Of a stretch of DNA of 64,000 bases, positions 23,716-37,777 are shown in pieces. Location of the stretch: contig JAXLNO010000470.1 of the NCBI GenBank assembly GCA_038087875.1, forward strand, positions 62,001-126,000. Direction: 5' to 3'. The position numbers were made by a program, and so were the translations under genes. The stretch's first letter is position 1. Each line of letters starts with the position of its first letter. Origin of the DNA: Malacoraja senta. Its lineage: Eukaryota. The notes below the pieces were generated by a model. That model had not been told where the DNA came from, ran no database searches, and worked only from the letters and a program-made list of their open reading frames with translations.

Positions 23716-26700
23716 CACCAAACAAAAGAACCTAGGAGGAATCTCATTTTGTAGTTGGAATATAAGAGGTATTAACGAACCTATTAAAAGGGGTAAGATA
23801 CTAGCTCAGCTGAAACTGTACAACTCCGACATTATCTTCTTACAAGAAACACACTTAAAATCTCAGGATCAAGTCAGGTTGAGGGCGACATGGATAGGTC
23901 AATCATACCATTCGTCATTCACTTCGAAATCTAGAGGCACGTCAATCATTATAAGAAAAGGTATACCATTTAAAGCAAAGAATATCATAACAGATATAGA
24001 AGGGAGATACTTAATAGTTAATGGAGAAATCCATCATACTCCACTTATCTTGGTAAATATATATGCCCCTAACTTTGACAACCCCCACTTTTTCAATAAA
24101 ATTTTCAACATAATTGCAGAGTTTAACTATCAAAATGTTATAATAGGAGGAGACTTTAACTGTGTTTTAGATCCGTACTTAGATAAATCAAGTCAAAAAC
24201 AGAGAGGGAATATGAAATCGAAAACCGGGGAACATCTCAATACTTATATAAACAATACTAATATAGCAGATGTTTGGAGAATTGTTAATCCAACTGGCAG
24301 GGAATACTCGTTTTATTCAATGGTACATAAGACATACTCACGTATAGACTACTTCCTGCTGGATACAAAATTAATCCCTCAAACATCTAACCCAATATAC
24401 CACACAAATTCGATTTCAGACCATTCTCCACTAACTTTCTTTTTAAAACTGGAAGGAATGTTTAAGAATAAATCGTTTTGGAGATTTAATTCTCAAATTC
24501 TAAAAGATCCACAAGCGAGTATATATTTAAAAGAACAAATGGAGGCCTTTTTTCAAATAAATGATACTCCAGATATATCGTCTACTGTATTATGGGAATC
24601 TTTTAAAGCATACATTAGGGGTATTATAATTTCATATCAAGCTTTCAAAATAAAAAGAATAAGAATGAACAAAGACAGTTAGAAGAACTTATTAGACAAA
24701 TGGATATAGATAATGCTAAAGATCCATCAATAGATAAACATAATAAAATAATAATTTTGAAATTTAAATTAAATAAATTATTATCTGCCAAACTTATAAG
24801 ACTTTTCAAATTACAAAACAAGAGCACTTTGAATTTGGGGATAAACCGCATAAACTTTTGGCTCGCCAGCTAAAAAAACGAGAAAAGGAACATACTATAC
24901 CAAAGATTAAATCAGATAAAGGGGAATTATTAACAACACCGAAGGATATTATTAAAAGATTTGCGCAATTTTATGAGAATTTGTATACATCTAAAACGAC
25001 AATTGATTCCAATAATATCACAAAGTTTTTGGATAATTGTAATCTTCCAAAGTTAGAGCTGAAGGAACAAGAGGAATTGGGTGCACAAATCTCAATTAAG
25101 GATTAGAAGATACAATAAACTCACTAAAGAATGGAAAAACACCAGGCCCTGATGGATTTACTAATGAATTTTATAAAAACTTTTATGATGAAATAATACC
25201 AAGATTACAAAAAATGTACCAATATGCTTTTAAAAACGAATACTACCTGATACATTAGCGGAATCAACGATTACACTAATACCTAAGAAAAACAAAGATT
25301 TAGAAGAACCGGGTTCATATAGAGCTATAGCATTGTTAAACACAGATCAAAAAATATTAGCGAAAACATTAGCTAGAAGATTAAGTAAATACATTAGCAA
25401 ATTAATAAACCCAGATCAGACGGGGTTTATCCCTAAGAGATACTCATCTAACAATATGAGACGTCTACTCAACATAATGCACTCACACAAATCTGAAGAT
25501 CAAGAATTATCAATTATTTCGCTGGATGCTGAAAAAGCATTTGATCAAGTAGAATGGAATTATATGGATAAAGTATTACAAAAATTCCAACTGGGAGAGA
25601 ATTTTATTCTATGGACCAAGTTACTATATAATAAACCTACAGCTAGAATACTAACTAATAACATATTATCCCAGAAATTCCAACTATCAAGGGGAAATAG
25701 ACAAGGAGGCTCATTATCACCACAGCTGTTTGCTCTCATTATTGAACCGCCAGCAGAAAAAATTAGAATACACCCTGATATCCATGGATATAATACTAAA
25801 GACTCAAATAATAAAATATCTTTATACGCGGATGATATATTACTGTACATTACAAAACCCCAAATCACTATACCAAATATATTAAATTTAATTGAAGACT
25901 TTGGATCTTTTTCTGGATATAGAATAAATTGGAATAAAAGTGAAATTATGTCAATAAAACCGAAATATTCAACACATCTTTTAAAATTCCCTTTTAAAAT
26001 AGCTACAGAAAAATTTAAATACTTGGGAATCGAAATTACTAGAACATATCAAGGTATGTTTAAGGCAAATTTTGATCCCCCTACTTAATAAATTAAACAC
26101 ACTAATTAAATTCTGGAAAACGCTCCCGGTCTTTAATAGGCCGAATAAATGCAATAAAAATGATCTTTCTACCACAAATTTTATACCTATTTCAATCGAT
26201 TCCTATATACCAAAGAAGTTTTTTTTAAAACTCGACTCAGATATCACTAATTTTATATGGGACTATAAATCACATAGAATACAAAAAACTCATCTGAATA
26301 AACCTAAAGTATTAGGGGGTTTAGCACTACCTAATTTTATGTATTATTATTGGTCAGTAAATATTAAAAATATGATTCAACTGATGGATAACTCCGCCCA
26401 GCAAGTGGACTGGATTGTAATGGAGAAAGAGGATTGCTCCTCTGGAAACATTGGAGCGATCCTCCTCTCTCCAATGAAATTGAATAATATAAATTATAAT
26501 AAGAATCCAATTATTCATAGTACAATCCGAATTTGGAAACAAATAAAACAAAATTTAAAATTAAGAAATTTATCACTTTTATTACCTATAGTTAATAACC
26601 CTTCGTTTAATCCCTCTATTATAGATAAAGCTTTTACACATTGGGATAGACTAGGAATTAAAACGCTCGGTGACTTGTATGAAACTGGAAAATTACTTTC

Positions 26701-27486
26701 ATTTCAACAATTACAATAAAATATAAACTCAGAAATAATCAATATTTTAAATATTTTCAAATATGTGACTATTTGAAAAAATATACAAAAGATCATTATA
26801 ATAACCCAGCAGATGTACTGGACGAGGCAATGCAGATAAAAGCTGGATCAGCAAACTTAATATCATATTTGTATAATATTATCTTAAATGTACAAATACC
26901 ATCTACGGAGGGTATCAGAAGAGACTGGAACAAGAGTTAGCTATTAAAATTTCAAAGGAAAGTTGGAATGAACACTTATTAAACGTGCATAAATGTTCGA
27001 TTAATGTAAGACACACTTTAATACAATTAAAAATTTTACATAGATTATATTATTCGAAAACTAAAATTCATAAAATTTTCCCAAATGTATCATCTATTTG
27101 TGATAAATGTCAATCACAAGAAGCTACTATAGCGCACTCATTCGTTTTCTGTAGAAAAATTCAAAAATTTTGGAATGAAATTTTCAAAATCTTTACAAAG
27201 TTATTTAAAATAAGACTGATACCCAAAGCAGAATGGATTATCTTCGAATAACGGAAGATGGTCCAGAACTAAATGTGTTTCAAAAGAAACTAATAGACTA
27301 TGGGTTAATAACTGGAAAAAAGCTAATTCTAAAATTTTGGAAGAAAGCTCCATACCAACTATAAACATGTGGATTTCAAATATGTTCGAAACATTACACC
27401 TAGAAGAGATAAGACTCCTCCTAGCAGGTAAACCAGATCACTTCCACCTGATGTGGTCTGCATTTATAGAATTATTACAAATATAG
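23708..27486 (+). pseudogene. L1 ORF2p (EN, RT, C-terminal CCHC) with several lesions
   Basis: SWNIRG, GGDFN, SRIDY, SDH, LDAEKAFD, GNRQGGSLSP, LYADD, CDKC..H..FC. Confidence 0.96.
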
Positions 27487-28068
27487 GGTGCAAAGGTACC
27501 TTTAAAAAAAAAAATTGAGGTCAGGTAAGGGGGGATGATAGTTGAAGAGTTGGTATGTCCCATTTGCGTAATGCTCATAAAAATATTTGTTTCTCTCTTT
27601 TTCCTCTTTCTCTTTCTCTTTCTTTTCTAGGGTCTATTTCTTAACTCTTTTTCTTTTGTTTTTAATTTTGTTCTTATAGGGTCTTCGTCCTTTTTTGTTG
27701 TCACATTTTCTACACTCTCACTTTTTCCTTCACTTTCTTCTTTCTTTCAATCTTTTCCTTTTCTAGTGTAAAAAATAAATGGAGTACATTAATTGTAAGA
27801 AGACATAAGTGACGAGTACTAATGTATGTGGTTGTAATGTAATGTACTTCTAATAAATAAAAAATTAAAAAAAATAAAAATTAAAAAAAACATCAGCATG
27901 TGACCTGGGTCAATCTTGGGCGTTTCACCTCATTGCTGGTGAGTCTTTTTGATAAGAAGCTTGCTAGAGATGGCTCCCAGAAAAGTTCGTCGAAAGGGAA
28001 GAGCAGAGCCTTACAAAAAACCTGCCATGGAGGCTATAGTCATATAGGAGGAGGAGGAGGAGGAGAGG

Positions 28069-28200
28069 CAACAGGAGATTCAACAGGAGATTCAACAGGA
28101 GATTCAACAGGAGATTCAACAGGAGATTCAACAGGAGATTCAACAGGAGATTCAACAGGAGATTCAACAGGAGATTCAACAGGAGATTCAACAGGAGAAG
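28069..28200 (+). repeat. 12 bp tandem repeat CAACAGGAGATT, 10 perfect copies plus 1 variant (QQEI)
   Basis: Read directly; about 3 copies also at 21515-21565. Confidence 0.97.
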
Positions 28201-29686
28201 TCAACACTGCCTGTGGGCTCCCAGGTAGCTGTGTGTGAAACAGACTCAGACGTGGATGCCCCATTCAAGGGAAGATGGAATAAAGTTAAACCATTTAACT
28301 TCGACAGGCAGCAAGAGGGAGACCTTGTAGAGTGGTTTCAGGCTAACGAAATCCTCTACGACAAATCTAAAGAAGATTATCGTAATAGGGACAAGAAGCG
28401 TGCTCTGTTTGAGGAAAAGGCAGCGGAGTATCCTGGGTGCACATGTGAGTACATTATGATATATTAGGGTATCAGCAGGTAAACCATTTTATTTTATCCA
28501 ATATTGAAAAATGTTCAGTGTTATTGCTGTAAAAGTTCTTTATTTGACATCAAATTCAACTTCTCTAGTAGTTCTGTGCCCTGCAGCTGTAAAGTTATAC
28601 GTTGCAGACACATTTCACAGGTTATGTGTTTGAAGTTTGAATCCTGTCTCCAATAGCCCATAAAATTAAAAATGCGTGAAGACAGGCAATTAACACATGT
28701 GATGCTTGTCTTTAAAAAGGCTGTTTGTTTTGAACTTTGAATGATGTCTTCAAGAAAGACAACATTAAATATGCGGATGGCAGGCTATTAAAACAGGGCA
28801 ACTATTTTACAGGCCTTAATGGCTTTCAGGTACATGTCTGTTTACTCTCTGCAACTTTTCATCTCTTGGAAGACATCCTATGCTAGAAGTCAAATTTAAT
28901 CACACCACTCTCCTGTAATGCAGCTGATCAACTCCAGCAATGGTTCACAAACCAGAGGACCATCTATGGAAAAGTAACGGCGCTTGGCACAAAGACAGGG
29001 TCTGCTGGCAGCAAACTCACAGAGAGGAACAAGTGGATAGAAGAAAAATGGCGTTTCTTATCGAGCCATATTGTGCGTGTGGTGAGCAGAACTAGCGAAC
29101 CCAAGGTACTTATCACGACAAAGTTTTACAGTCATGAGGCTCTGGACACACTGTCTAAATGATTTGATTTAATTCCTCCAGCAACAACAGAGCAGTGAGC
29201 AGGTGTTGGATGATCCCCTGGAGGGGACCTCTACGCCGCAACAATCCACCAGCCAACAGCACTCCAGGAGGCAGATGTCGCATGAGAGCAACATTGGCGT
29301 CACCACACCTGGAGGTGATGAGCAAAGAAGAGGTGTAGACAACATGATTGTTGTAAGTACATATAGTTTCTGAACATTTCGATTTTCATTGCACAATCCA
29401 TCCACCTTTTTGCTCTTATCTAACATGGGTTCTTATGTTTCAGCTCACTGACCTTGTAAGAGACGGGGTTCAATTGTTGAAAGATGCACGCGTTGAAATG
29501 TCACCAAACGAATATATGAATAAACTGTGGCAGTTTTGTTTCGCATTGATGCACGAAGATCTAAGTGAGGTGGTGTTGAAATTTACAATCTCTTTGTACA
29601 ATATGGCATTGGAATTCCGACAGGAAAAGGTAAAAATGGCATCTTGATTTTCTTCACTTCTTTCATTGATTCTGTTAAAAATCTTT

Positions 29687-30270
29687 AAGGCCTGTCTCAC
29701 GAGTCTGCGGTCATTGGCGGCGAAACGGGAAGAATCTGCCGCCATAGACCGCGCACTCGTGAGAACGTACAATTCCGGGGCCGTGCGGCGGTGTTCCCAA
29801 CACCGCACGGTGCTAAAATAAAATCGACAATGTTGAAAACTATATACTCACCGCACAACCTCCACCAGTGATGCACGAGTGCGGCACGGCCGCCCGCACG
29901 GGCCGCCGCCAGTGTGGCTCGAGCGCCGTGCGTCAAACCTCCACTGCCACAGCCTCCGCCAGTGAGGCACGTGCCTCCGCCAGTGAGGCACGTGTGCTGC
30001 ACGGCCGCAGGCACAGCCACCGCTACAGCGCCGCGATCAGGATGGCCGCCACCACAGCCGCCGCTAGTGAGTCATCGCAGTCGGCCCGCCCTTTTTTGTA
30101 CTTACCGCAAGCACGTGGGACCCGCCGTGTTTGAATTACTCGTCCCCCGCGCAGCATCCGTGCGGCGCTCCGGTGGATAGGCTCGCCGCTCTCGCCGTTG
30201 CCGCGCGGTCCCCGCTACCGGCGACGCCGCGCTTCACCGCCGATGACCGCAAACAGGTAAGACAGAGCCT
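29687..30270. mobile_element. Harbinger-type MITE in a MADF intron
   Basis: About 38 bp imperfect TIR aaggcctgtctcac / gtaagacagagcct; TTT on both sides. Confidence 0.75.
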
Positions 30271-31246
30271 TTTCTTTCTCACATGGTGTGGTGTGGTGTT
30301 GTCTTTGCAGTTAAGGATAGCACGTCCACCTGTGGCGCCGCTTCCCATGTATGTACCGCCCCGTCCCATGTATGTACAGCCTCGTCCGTCTCACTTCTTT
30401 GATCAGGTATTAAAAAACATATGAACGCTTTAATCAGTGTTGTTCTCTGCCACAGAAGTCATCAGTGAGTTCTTTTTAATGCATTGAGTTCGAATAATAT
30501 TTTATTCTCTAATTCAAAAGCATTCAGCGAGGCAACAGGGAAGAGTTTGCAATTGGGGCACAGCCACAATACCAGGCAGCACAGGTATAAAATTATCTTG
30601 TGTCGGATTTAACTTTTAAAAATTGAGATTCGCAACCGCATAAGGACATTAAATTAATCCACTTCCATGAGTAATGTTAATGAGATGTAAGAAAAGCACG
30701 TGATTCGTCCAAAAAGACATAACACATTTTCATACAGTTTACATTTAACTCTTAAGTAACCCTATTGCACCTTTTTATGGTCTGTGGAAATGTTTTCACA
30801 TGTACTTCAAACTTATTTTTGAGAGACACCACCCATCACCACTCAGTTATACAGAGCTGCAGCCTGCTGCGTTAGCTGCTTTGCAATCTGAATATGGAGA
30901 CGGCCGTCTTAGTGGAGCAGAATCACCATTTGATGAAGGGACAGACCTGGGAGATTAGTTCCGTTATCCCTCTGATGTTCATTCTTATCTGTATATGTTG
31001 TTTTTTGCCTGTTTGATCATATTTTAGTATCTTTTGGATACTCCCACTTTTACTAATAGCTTAAAGTGTTGAAAAGCTTTTTACTGATCCGTTTGATTCT
31101 CACTGTTTGTTTACTTCATTGCACAATAAAAGAGAGTTCTTTGCTATCAAGATCAAATTGATGTCTGGAAGTCTTCATTTTAATATCACTACAAAGTCTC
31201 ATGACTTGAATGTAATATTCCTTTCATCATAAAACACAAAATAAAA

Positions 31247-34200
31247 TACAAAGGGTATCGTTGAGAAATCCAAACATGAACCTTTGGAATTTGTCTCAAA
31301 TATATTTACCAAAGACAAAAAAGATGGTGGATGTAGCATCATCGTTGACTTCACTAAATACCTTTGTTAAGTATGTACATTTGTAACTGCCAAACAACTG
31401 ATTTCCAAAGGATACTTTATGGCAAGTATTGATTTAAAAGATGCCTACTATACAGTACCCATTCAAAAGGGTCATCGCAGATACCTGAAATTTACCTGGA
31501 TGGGGCAACTATGGCAGTTTAAAGCGTTGCCTAAATGGGTTAACATCAGCCCAAGACTATTTACCAAGATATTAAACCGGCCTTGGCAACATTAAGAAAA
31601 CAGAGACATATTGTCATGGCATAACTTGATGATATTCTAATAGTAGGCAAAACCATGGAGTTGGCTAAATCAGCTGTATTAGCTACCAAACAATTGTTTG
31701 AAACCCTGGGATTTGTCATACATCCAGATAAATCTAAGTTGACGCCATCCACAACTATGGACTATCTGGGATTCACAATTAACTCAGTCCACATGTCCGT
31801 AACGTTGCCTAAAGATAAAGCAGCAGAATTGGCACAGACGTGTAACAATTTAATGGTTAGCAATCGACCAACCATCCGACAAGTGGCAAGAGTAATTGGC
31901 AAAATGGTAGCAGCATTTCCAGGTACACAATTTGGACCCCTGCACTATCAAAACCTACAAAGGGCAAAAGTACAGGCGTTAAAACGACATGCAGGTCACT
32001 TTGACCGGACCATGAAATTACCCATTGAAGCTATATCAGAGTTACAGTGGTGGATAGAGCACATTTGGCATAGTTCCAGCCCTATCATCATCAATAACCC
32101 AACATTAACTATACAAACAGATGCCAGTGCTCAAGGCTGGGGAGCAACTAATACCATATCCAGCACAGGTGGTAGATAGACTAACCTAGAATCATCTTTG
32201 CTACAAACACTGGGCATAAATTATTTGGAAATGTTGGGTGCGTTTTATGGTTTAAAAGCATATTCTACGAATATGCACCATTTGCACGTTCGTTACAAAT
32301 TGATAATACCACGGTGGTGACCTATATTAAACCATATGGGCGGAATAAAATTGATATCATGTGACAAATTTGGTCAACAAAATCTGGCAATGGTGTGTCG
32401 ATAGACATATTTGGCTATCAGCAACTTACCTACCAGGTAAGCTAAATACAGTGGCAGACACCAGGTCACGCAAATTCAATGATAACACCGAATGGATGTT
32501 AAATCCTAGAGCTTTTGCTAAAATTACAAAGCAATATGGCACACCAGATATCGATCTCTTTGCATCCAGACTAAATTACCAGTTACCAATGTATGTCGCT
32601 TGCGAACCAGACCCTGAGGCAGCAGCGATAGATGCATTCGCGCTGAACTGGGGAAACTATTTCTTTTATGCTTTTCCCCCTTCTGCCTCAGTAGGGTACT
32701 ACGCCAAATACAGATGGACTCTGCTTCAGGTATTTTGATAGTACCAACTGGCCTACACAGCCATGGTTCCCAGTGGTCCTCGACATGGTCATCGAAACTC
32801 CTATGACCTTTCCCAGTAGCCCAGACCTATTGACGCACCCGGTATCAGGCATAAGTCATCCATGCCATGACAAAATTAACTTACTGGGTTGCAGATTATC
32901 AAAAGACCACTGCTGGGCCTGGGATTGTCTGACAGGACCATCAACACGATGACAGCGTACCACCGTATGTCCACCAGGAAACAATACCTATCGAGCATCA
33001 GGAAGTGGGAAAGATACTGCTCGAATACTGGGACAACATACTCATCTCAACCATAACCAATGTACTGGAGTTCCTGGGGGGCCTTCACCATAATGAAGGA
33101 CTGAGCTACAGTGCCATCAATACTGCCAGAAGTGCTCTGTCATCCTACTTAAAACAAGTACGAGGACAACAGGCCATAGGGTCTCACCTGCTGCTGATCA
33201 AACTCATGAGGGGTATATTCAACTCCAACCCCCCTAGACCTAGGTACACCCAAATCTGGGATGTCAGTGTGGTCCTGACATACCTAAGGGGATGGTCACC
33301 AGCCAGGTCTCTCACCCTGGAACTGCTAACCCTGAAAACGGTCATGCTAATGGCACTAGTCTCAGCACAAAGAGTCCAGTCCCACTTACTGCGACTGGAC
33401 AACATGGTTATTACACCAGACCGGGTCTCATTCACCATTCAGAAGCTGCTAAAGCACAGCAGGCCAGGAACTTCAGGCCTAGTTATGGATTTCCGGGCAT
33501 ACCCATCTGACCCACAGTTGTGTGTCATGACTCACCTACTCACTTACCTCAACACAACAAGAGATTCCCGAGGGAGGGAAAAAGCCTTATGGGTCAGCCA
33601 CAAGAAACCTCATGGTCGGGTGTCGAGCCAAACCATCTCAAGATGGCTCAAGCAGGTACTGGGAGCTGCTGGAGTAGATACTGACATATATACATCTCAC
33701 TCCAGGGCAGCATCCACATCGGTGGCTAAAAGGATGGACGTACCACTGGACCACATCCTGGCTACAGCGGGGTGGTCCATGGAGAAAACGTTCCAAACCT
33801 TCTACAACAAGCCGCTAGCAGAACCTGTGTTATTTGCAGAAAGAGTTTAGACTCTGCAAATATATAATTTAAGCCCGGGGGAGCATTTTGTCTTTTGTTA
33901 TTGGTTAATAGATACCATTATTGTTTACAAACAGATTCATGGTTGATTACGATAACATACTTCCTCCCTTGAAGGACTTCAGCAGCGAGTGAAGTATGAA
34001 CTGTTACACGGTTTGAAATCACAGAGCTTTAAAATCTTCACGTAGTCACTCACGTGACTCCGAAGTAAAATAGTGAGATTAAACGAGAACTTACCAGTTT
34101 GAAGTTTGATCTGTATTTTATGAGGAGTTACGATGAGGGATTACGTGCCCTCCGCTCCCACCCTCAATTATAGAGATCAACTGGTATCTTAGTTCTCCTT

Positions 34201-34369
34201 TTCTTTACTATGTTTATTTCAATTATTGTTTCCTGTGATTCCACACCGCTGCTTTGAAGAATGTCGCGCATGCGTGCTGGATGGGTTCTTCACGTAATCC
34301 CTCATCGTAACTCCTCATAAAATACAGATCAAACTTCAAACTGGTAAGTTCTCGTTTAATCTCACTATT
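31247..34369 (+). mobile_element. DIRS copy B, 5'-truncated, with frameshifted pol and YR (33005-33850)
   Basis: Matches copy A; ICR about 34035-34147; terminus ctcactATT. Confidence 0.95.
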
Positions 34370-34792
34370 ATACCACGTTTACAGAAAATGAATAAATATG
34401 CCTTTAAAGAACAAACATTACCTGATACACCAGCAGAATCAACGATTACATTAATACTTTAAAAAAGACAAAGATACAGAAGAACCCGGATCATATAGAG
34501 CTATCGCGTTGTTAAATACAGATAAAAAAATATTAGCGAAAACATTAGCTAGAAGATTAAGTAAGTATGTTAGTAAATTAATAAATCCTGATCAAACGGG
34601 GTTTATCCCTAAGAGACAATCAGCTAATAATCTGAGACGTCTGCTCAACATAATGCATTCACATAAAACTGAAGAACAAGAATGATCAATTATTTCATTG
34701 GACACAGAAAAAGCATTCGATCAAGTGGAATGGGATTACATGGTTAAAGTATTGCCAAAATTCCAAATGGGAGAGAATTTCATCCTATGGAT

Positions 34793-35728
34793 GGCCTTAA
34801 ACTTTCTGGGACTTAATGAAGAGAAGACAGAGGTGATTTTGTTTGGCCCCAATGGCTGCCGTGAACCTCCCTTTGTTGATTTGGGTCCACTGGCATTGTC
34901 TGTAAAGCCAACCGTCTTGAACCTGGGTTTTAGGATGGACGGTGATTTTAAACTAGACAAACAAATAGGCGCGGTGGTTAAGTCCAGCTTCTTTCACCTA
35001 AGGAAGCTGGCAAAGGTGAAGCCCATTCTCGAGCGGGAGCATTTTGAAACAGTAATCCATGCCTTTATTACATCTAGGCTGGATTACTGTAACGCACTCT
35101 ACTCTGGAGTCGCATGAGCTTCATTGGCTCGCCTCCAGCTTGTTCAAAATGCTGCCGCTCGCCTTTTGACTGGAACTCGAAAGAGGGAGCACATTACGCC
35201 AATTTTGGCCTCCCTACACTGGCTCCCAGTGCACTTTCGAGTTCATTTCAAAATTCTTTTATTTGTTTTTAAATCCTTGAATGGGCTCGCCCCGCCTTAC
35301 CTCTCTGAGCTGCTCCACCTATATGCTCCTGCCCGGTGTCTCAGGTCAGCTGATCAGCTGCTCCTTGAGGTACCAAGGTCTAAGCGGAAGCTCAGAGGGG
35401 ATAGAGCTTTTTCTGTTGCTGCTCCGGCACTCTGGAACACCTTGCCGCTGCACATCAGACAGGCCCCCTCACTGTCCATCTTCAAATCCTCCCTAAAAAC
35501 ATATTTTTATTCTTTGGCTTTCGACACTGGCTGAGGCATTGCCCCTGTTTTTAGTGCTTTTAATGTCTTTTAATTTTTAGTGTGTTTTTTATAGTCCTTC
35601 GTTTTACGGTTTTTAATGGTTTTTAATTGTTTGTAATAGCTTTTTGTTCATGATTTCTCATGTACAGCACTTTGTGGCAACTGTGGTTGTTTAAAGTGCT
35701 TTATAAATAAAGTTATTATTATTATTAT
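34793..35728 (+). mobile_element. L2 3' fragment inside L1 RT
   Basis: tatggat on both sides; HAFITSRLDYCN, HITPILASLHWLPV; (att)n tail. Confidence 0.93.
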
Positions 35729-36582
35729 TATGGATTAAATTATTATATAATAAGCCTACGGCTAGAATATTAACTAATAACATATTATCTACGAAATTCC
35801 AATTATCAACGGGTAATAGACAAGGATGTTCACTATCACCGCTGTTATTTGCTCTTATAATTGAACCTCTAGTGGAAAGAATTAGAACAATCCGAATTTC
35901 CATGGCTATAATACAAAATATTCAAATAATAAAATATCTTTATACGCTGATGATGTACTATTGTACATCACAAAACCTCAAACTACTATACCAAACATAT
36001 TAAATTTAATTGAGGATTTTGGATCCTTTTCTGGATACAGAATAAACTGGAACAAAAGTGAAATTATGTCAATAAAACCGAAAGACCCAACACACCTCTT
36101 AAAATTCCCTTTTAAAATAGCTACAGAAAAATTTAAATACTTGGGTATTGAAATTACCAGAAAATATCAAGCCATGTTTAACGCAAATTATAATCCTCTA
36201 CTTAAGAAATTAAATACCTTAATTAAATTCTGGAAAACGCTTCCGATGTCTTTAATAGGCCGAATAAATGCTATAAAAATGATCTTTTTACCACAAATTC
36301 TATACCTATTCCAATCAATTCCTATATACCTACCAAAAAAGTTTTTGAAAAAACTGGATTCAGACATTACAAATTTTTCTGGGATTTTACTTCGGAGTCA
36401 CGTGAGTGACTACGTGAAGAGCCCGCCAGGGCTCATGCGCGACATATCGTCTAGCTCATTGAGAGCGACAGGCGGGGAGGAGCGTTCCCCGCAGCGGTAA
36501 GCTTAAAACCGGAGACCTACAGGTAAGTTACTTACCCTGAGGTCGTTTTTCGGGTGTCTTTCTGTTTCCAGGAAGACCAACG

Positions 36583-37777
36583 ATGGATAGGACCCGTACC
36601 AAGTCCAAACAGGCCGCTAAGAAACAGGCTGAGGAGGACCACGGAAGTACCGGGAGCCGGCAGCGGCCGACTGCAGCATCGCAATCTTTGCGATCAGCGG
36701 TCTCTGTCCCGGCACCTGTGCAGCCTGGGTCGCCACAGGCTGACAGGGACGCCAAAAGGTGGGACACGCTCATGGACTCCGATGTATCGGGCCATGAGCA
36801 AAGGCCGCCGGCAGACAGCGTCAGTAGTTGCATTTCGCGTCTGGAGCGGCTAGTGGAGCAATTGCTTCACCGTGACAAACTCCGTGAGCAGGAGTCAAGT
36901 CCCTATGGGCCTCCAAGGAAGCCCATGGCAGTACCTTTTTCAGGGCTGCACAATGTATCTCCCTCGACAGATGGGAGCATTGGGAGTCATTTCTGGGTTG
37001 ACTCCGAACAAGGGTTGGCTGAAGATACTTCAAGTGTGCTGGGGGTGCCAGAAGAGAAGATGCTGGGTTTGGTGAAAAAGTTTGCGGTGCCTCCACAGTC
37101 AGGGCAGCCACTGAAACAAGAACTAGCAGCCAGCATTGACTACCTTTCAACCCATCAATTGCAGGAACAGGCAGTTAATGAAACCACTGCAAAATACCTG
37201 GCACCAGGGAACTGTATTTCACCCAGCAGTGAATCCCTCCATCTGGGGACATATTGGTGCGGGTATAAGGGCACAGGAGGTACAAATGCAGAAAATCCTT
37301 AAACTTTTAACAACTGGGATTACAGCATTTGCCCGGTCGGTGGATGACACGGAAATGACAGAGGCTCAGCAAGATACGCTGGCGATGCTCTGCAATACAC
37401 AGTTCGAGATCAACTGTTTCCGAAAGAACTCCGTCCGCCCAGCCTTGAACCCAAAATTTGCGGCTCTGTGCAAGACCAACACCACACCGCCGCCAATTTT
37501 GTTATTCGGGGGCAACCTGTCCAAACAGGTTAAAGACCTGGATGAAGAGGTGAAAGCCGGCGGGCTCATCAAGGCATCGGGAAAACGACCTCGGCGACAG
37601 CACCCCTACGCATCCACCAGCAGGCCGCATCACTTCGAAGCTGGTGAAAGCTCGAAGGCCGCAGCTCAAGGACAAAGGTCTTTTTTAGACCGCGGCCCAG
37701 AGCGATCTTCGTGGAAGACGCGCCAACCCCAAATACCAGCATCTCAACCGGCCAAGGAACAGAAGAAGAAGAGATGA
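36583..37777 (+). pseudogene. DIRS ORF1 (gag-like), one frameshift near 37220
   Basis: Two overlapping ORFs, VNPSIW, RPALNP, LLFGGNL; stop overlaps pol ATG (ATGA at 37774). Confidence 0.8.

Larger units (their letters stand above)
21564..27890 (+). mobile_element. Full-length L1 copy D (6.3 kb)
   Basis: 5' end acttccggtggcgccatg shared with 41236; ORF1, spacer, ORF2, 3' UTR, polyA. Confidence 0.96.
27970..30958 (+). pseudogene. Multi-exon Harbinger MADF gene (exons 27970-28444, about 29170-29352, 29444-29629, 30311-30406, possibly 30528-30584 and 30824-30958)
   Basis: MADF start FDRQQEGDLVEWFQANEILYDKSKEDYRNRDKKRALF; consecutive phase-0 AG/GT exons; TAG near 28045; second half of MADF missing. 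Confidence 0.65.
20337..31246. mobile_element. PIF/Harbinger copy 2 (left end plus MADF gene; right part lost)
   Basis: Follows TAA at 20334-20336; left end matches 5976-6275; 28445-29050 matches the intron of copy 1. Confidence 0.85.

Noticed and set aside
28069..28200. Regular repeat array as CRISPR or a repeat-protein gene
   Set aside because: Head-to-tail 12-mers with no spacers, lying inside a Harbinger MADF exon.
34698..35117. L1-L2 hybrid reverse transcriptase ORF
   Set aside because: In-frame junction of an L2 insertion; both parts are broken by nearby stops.
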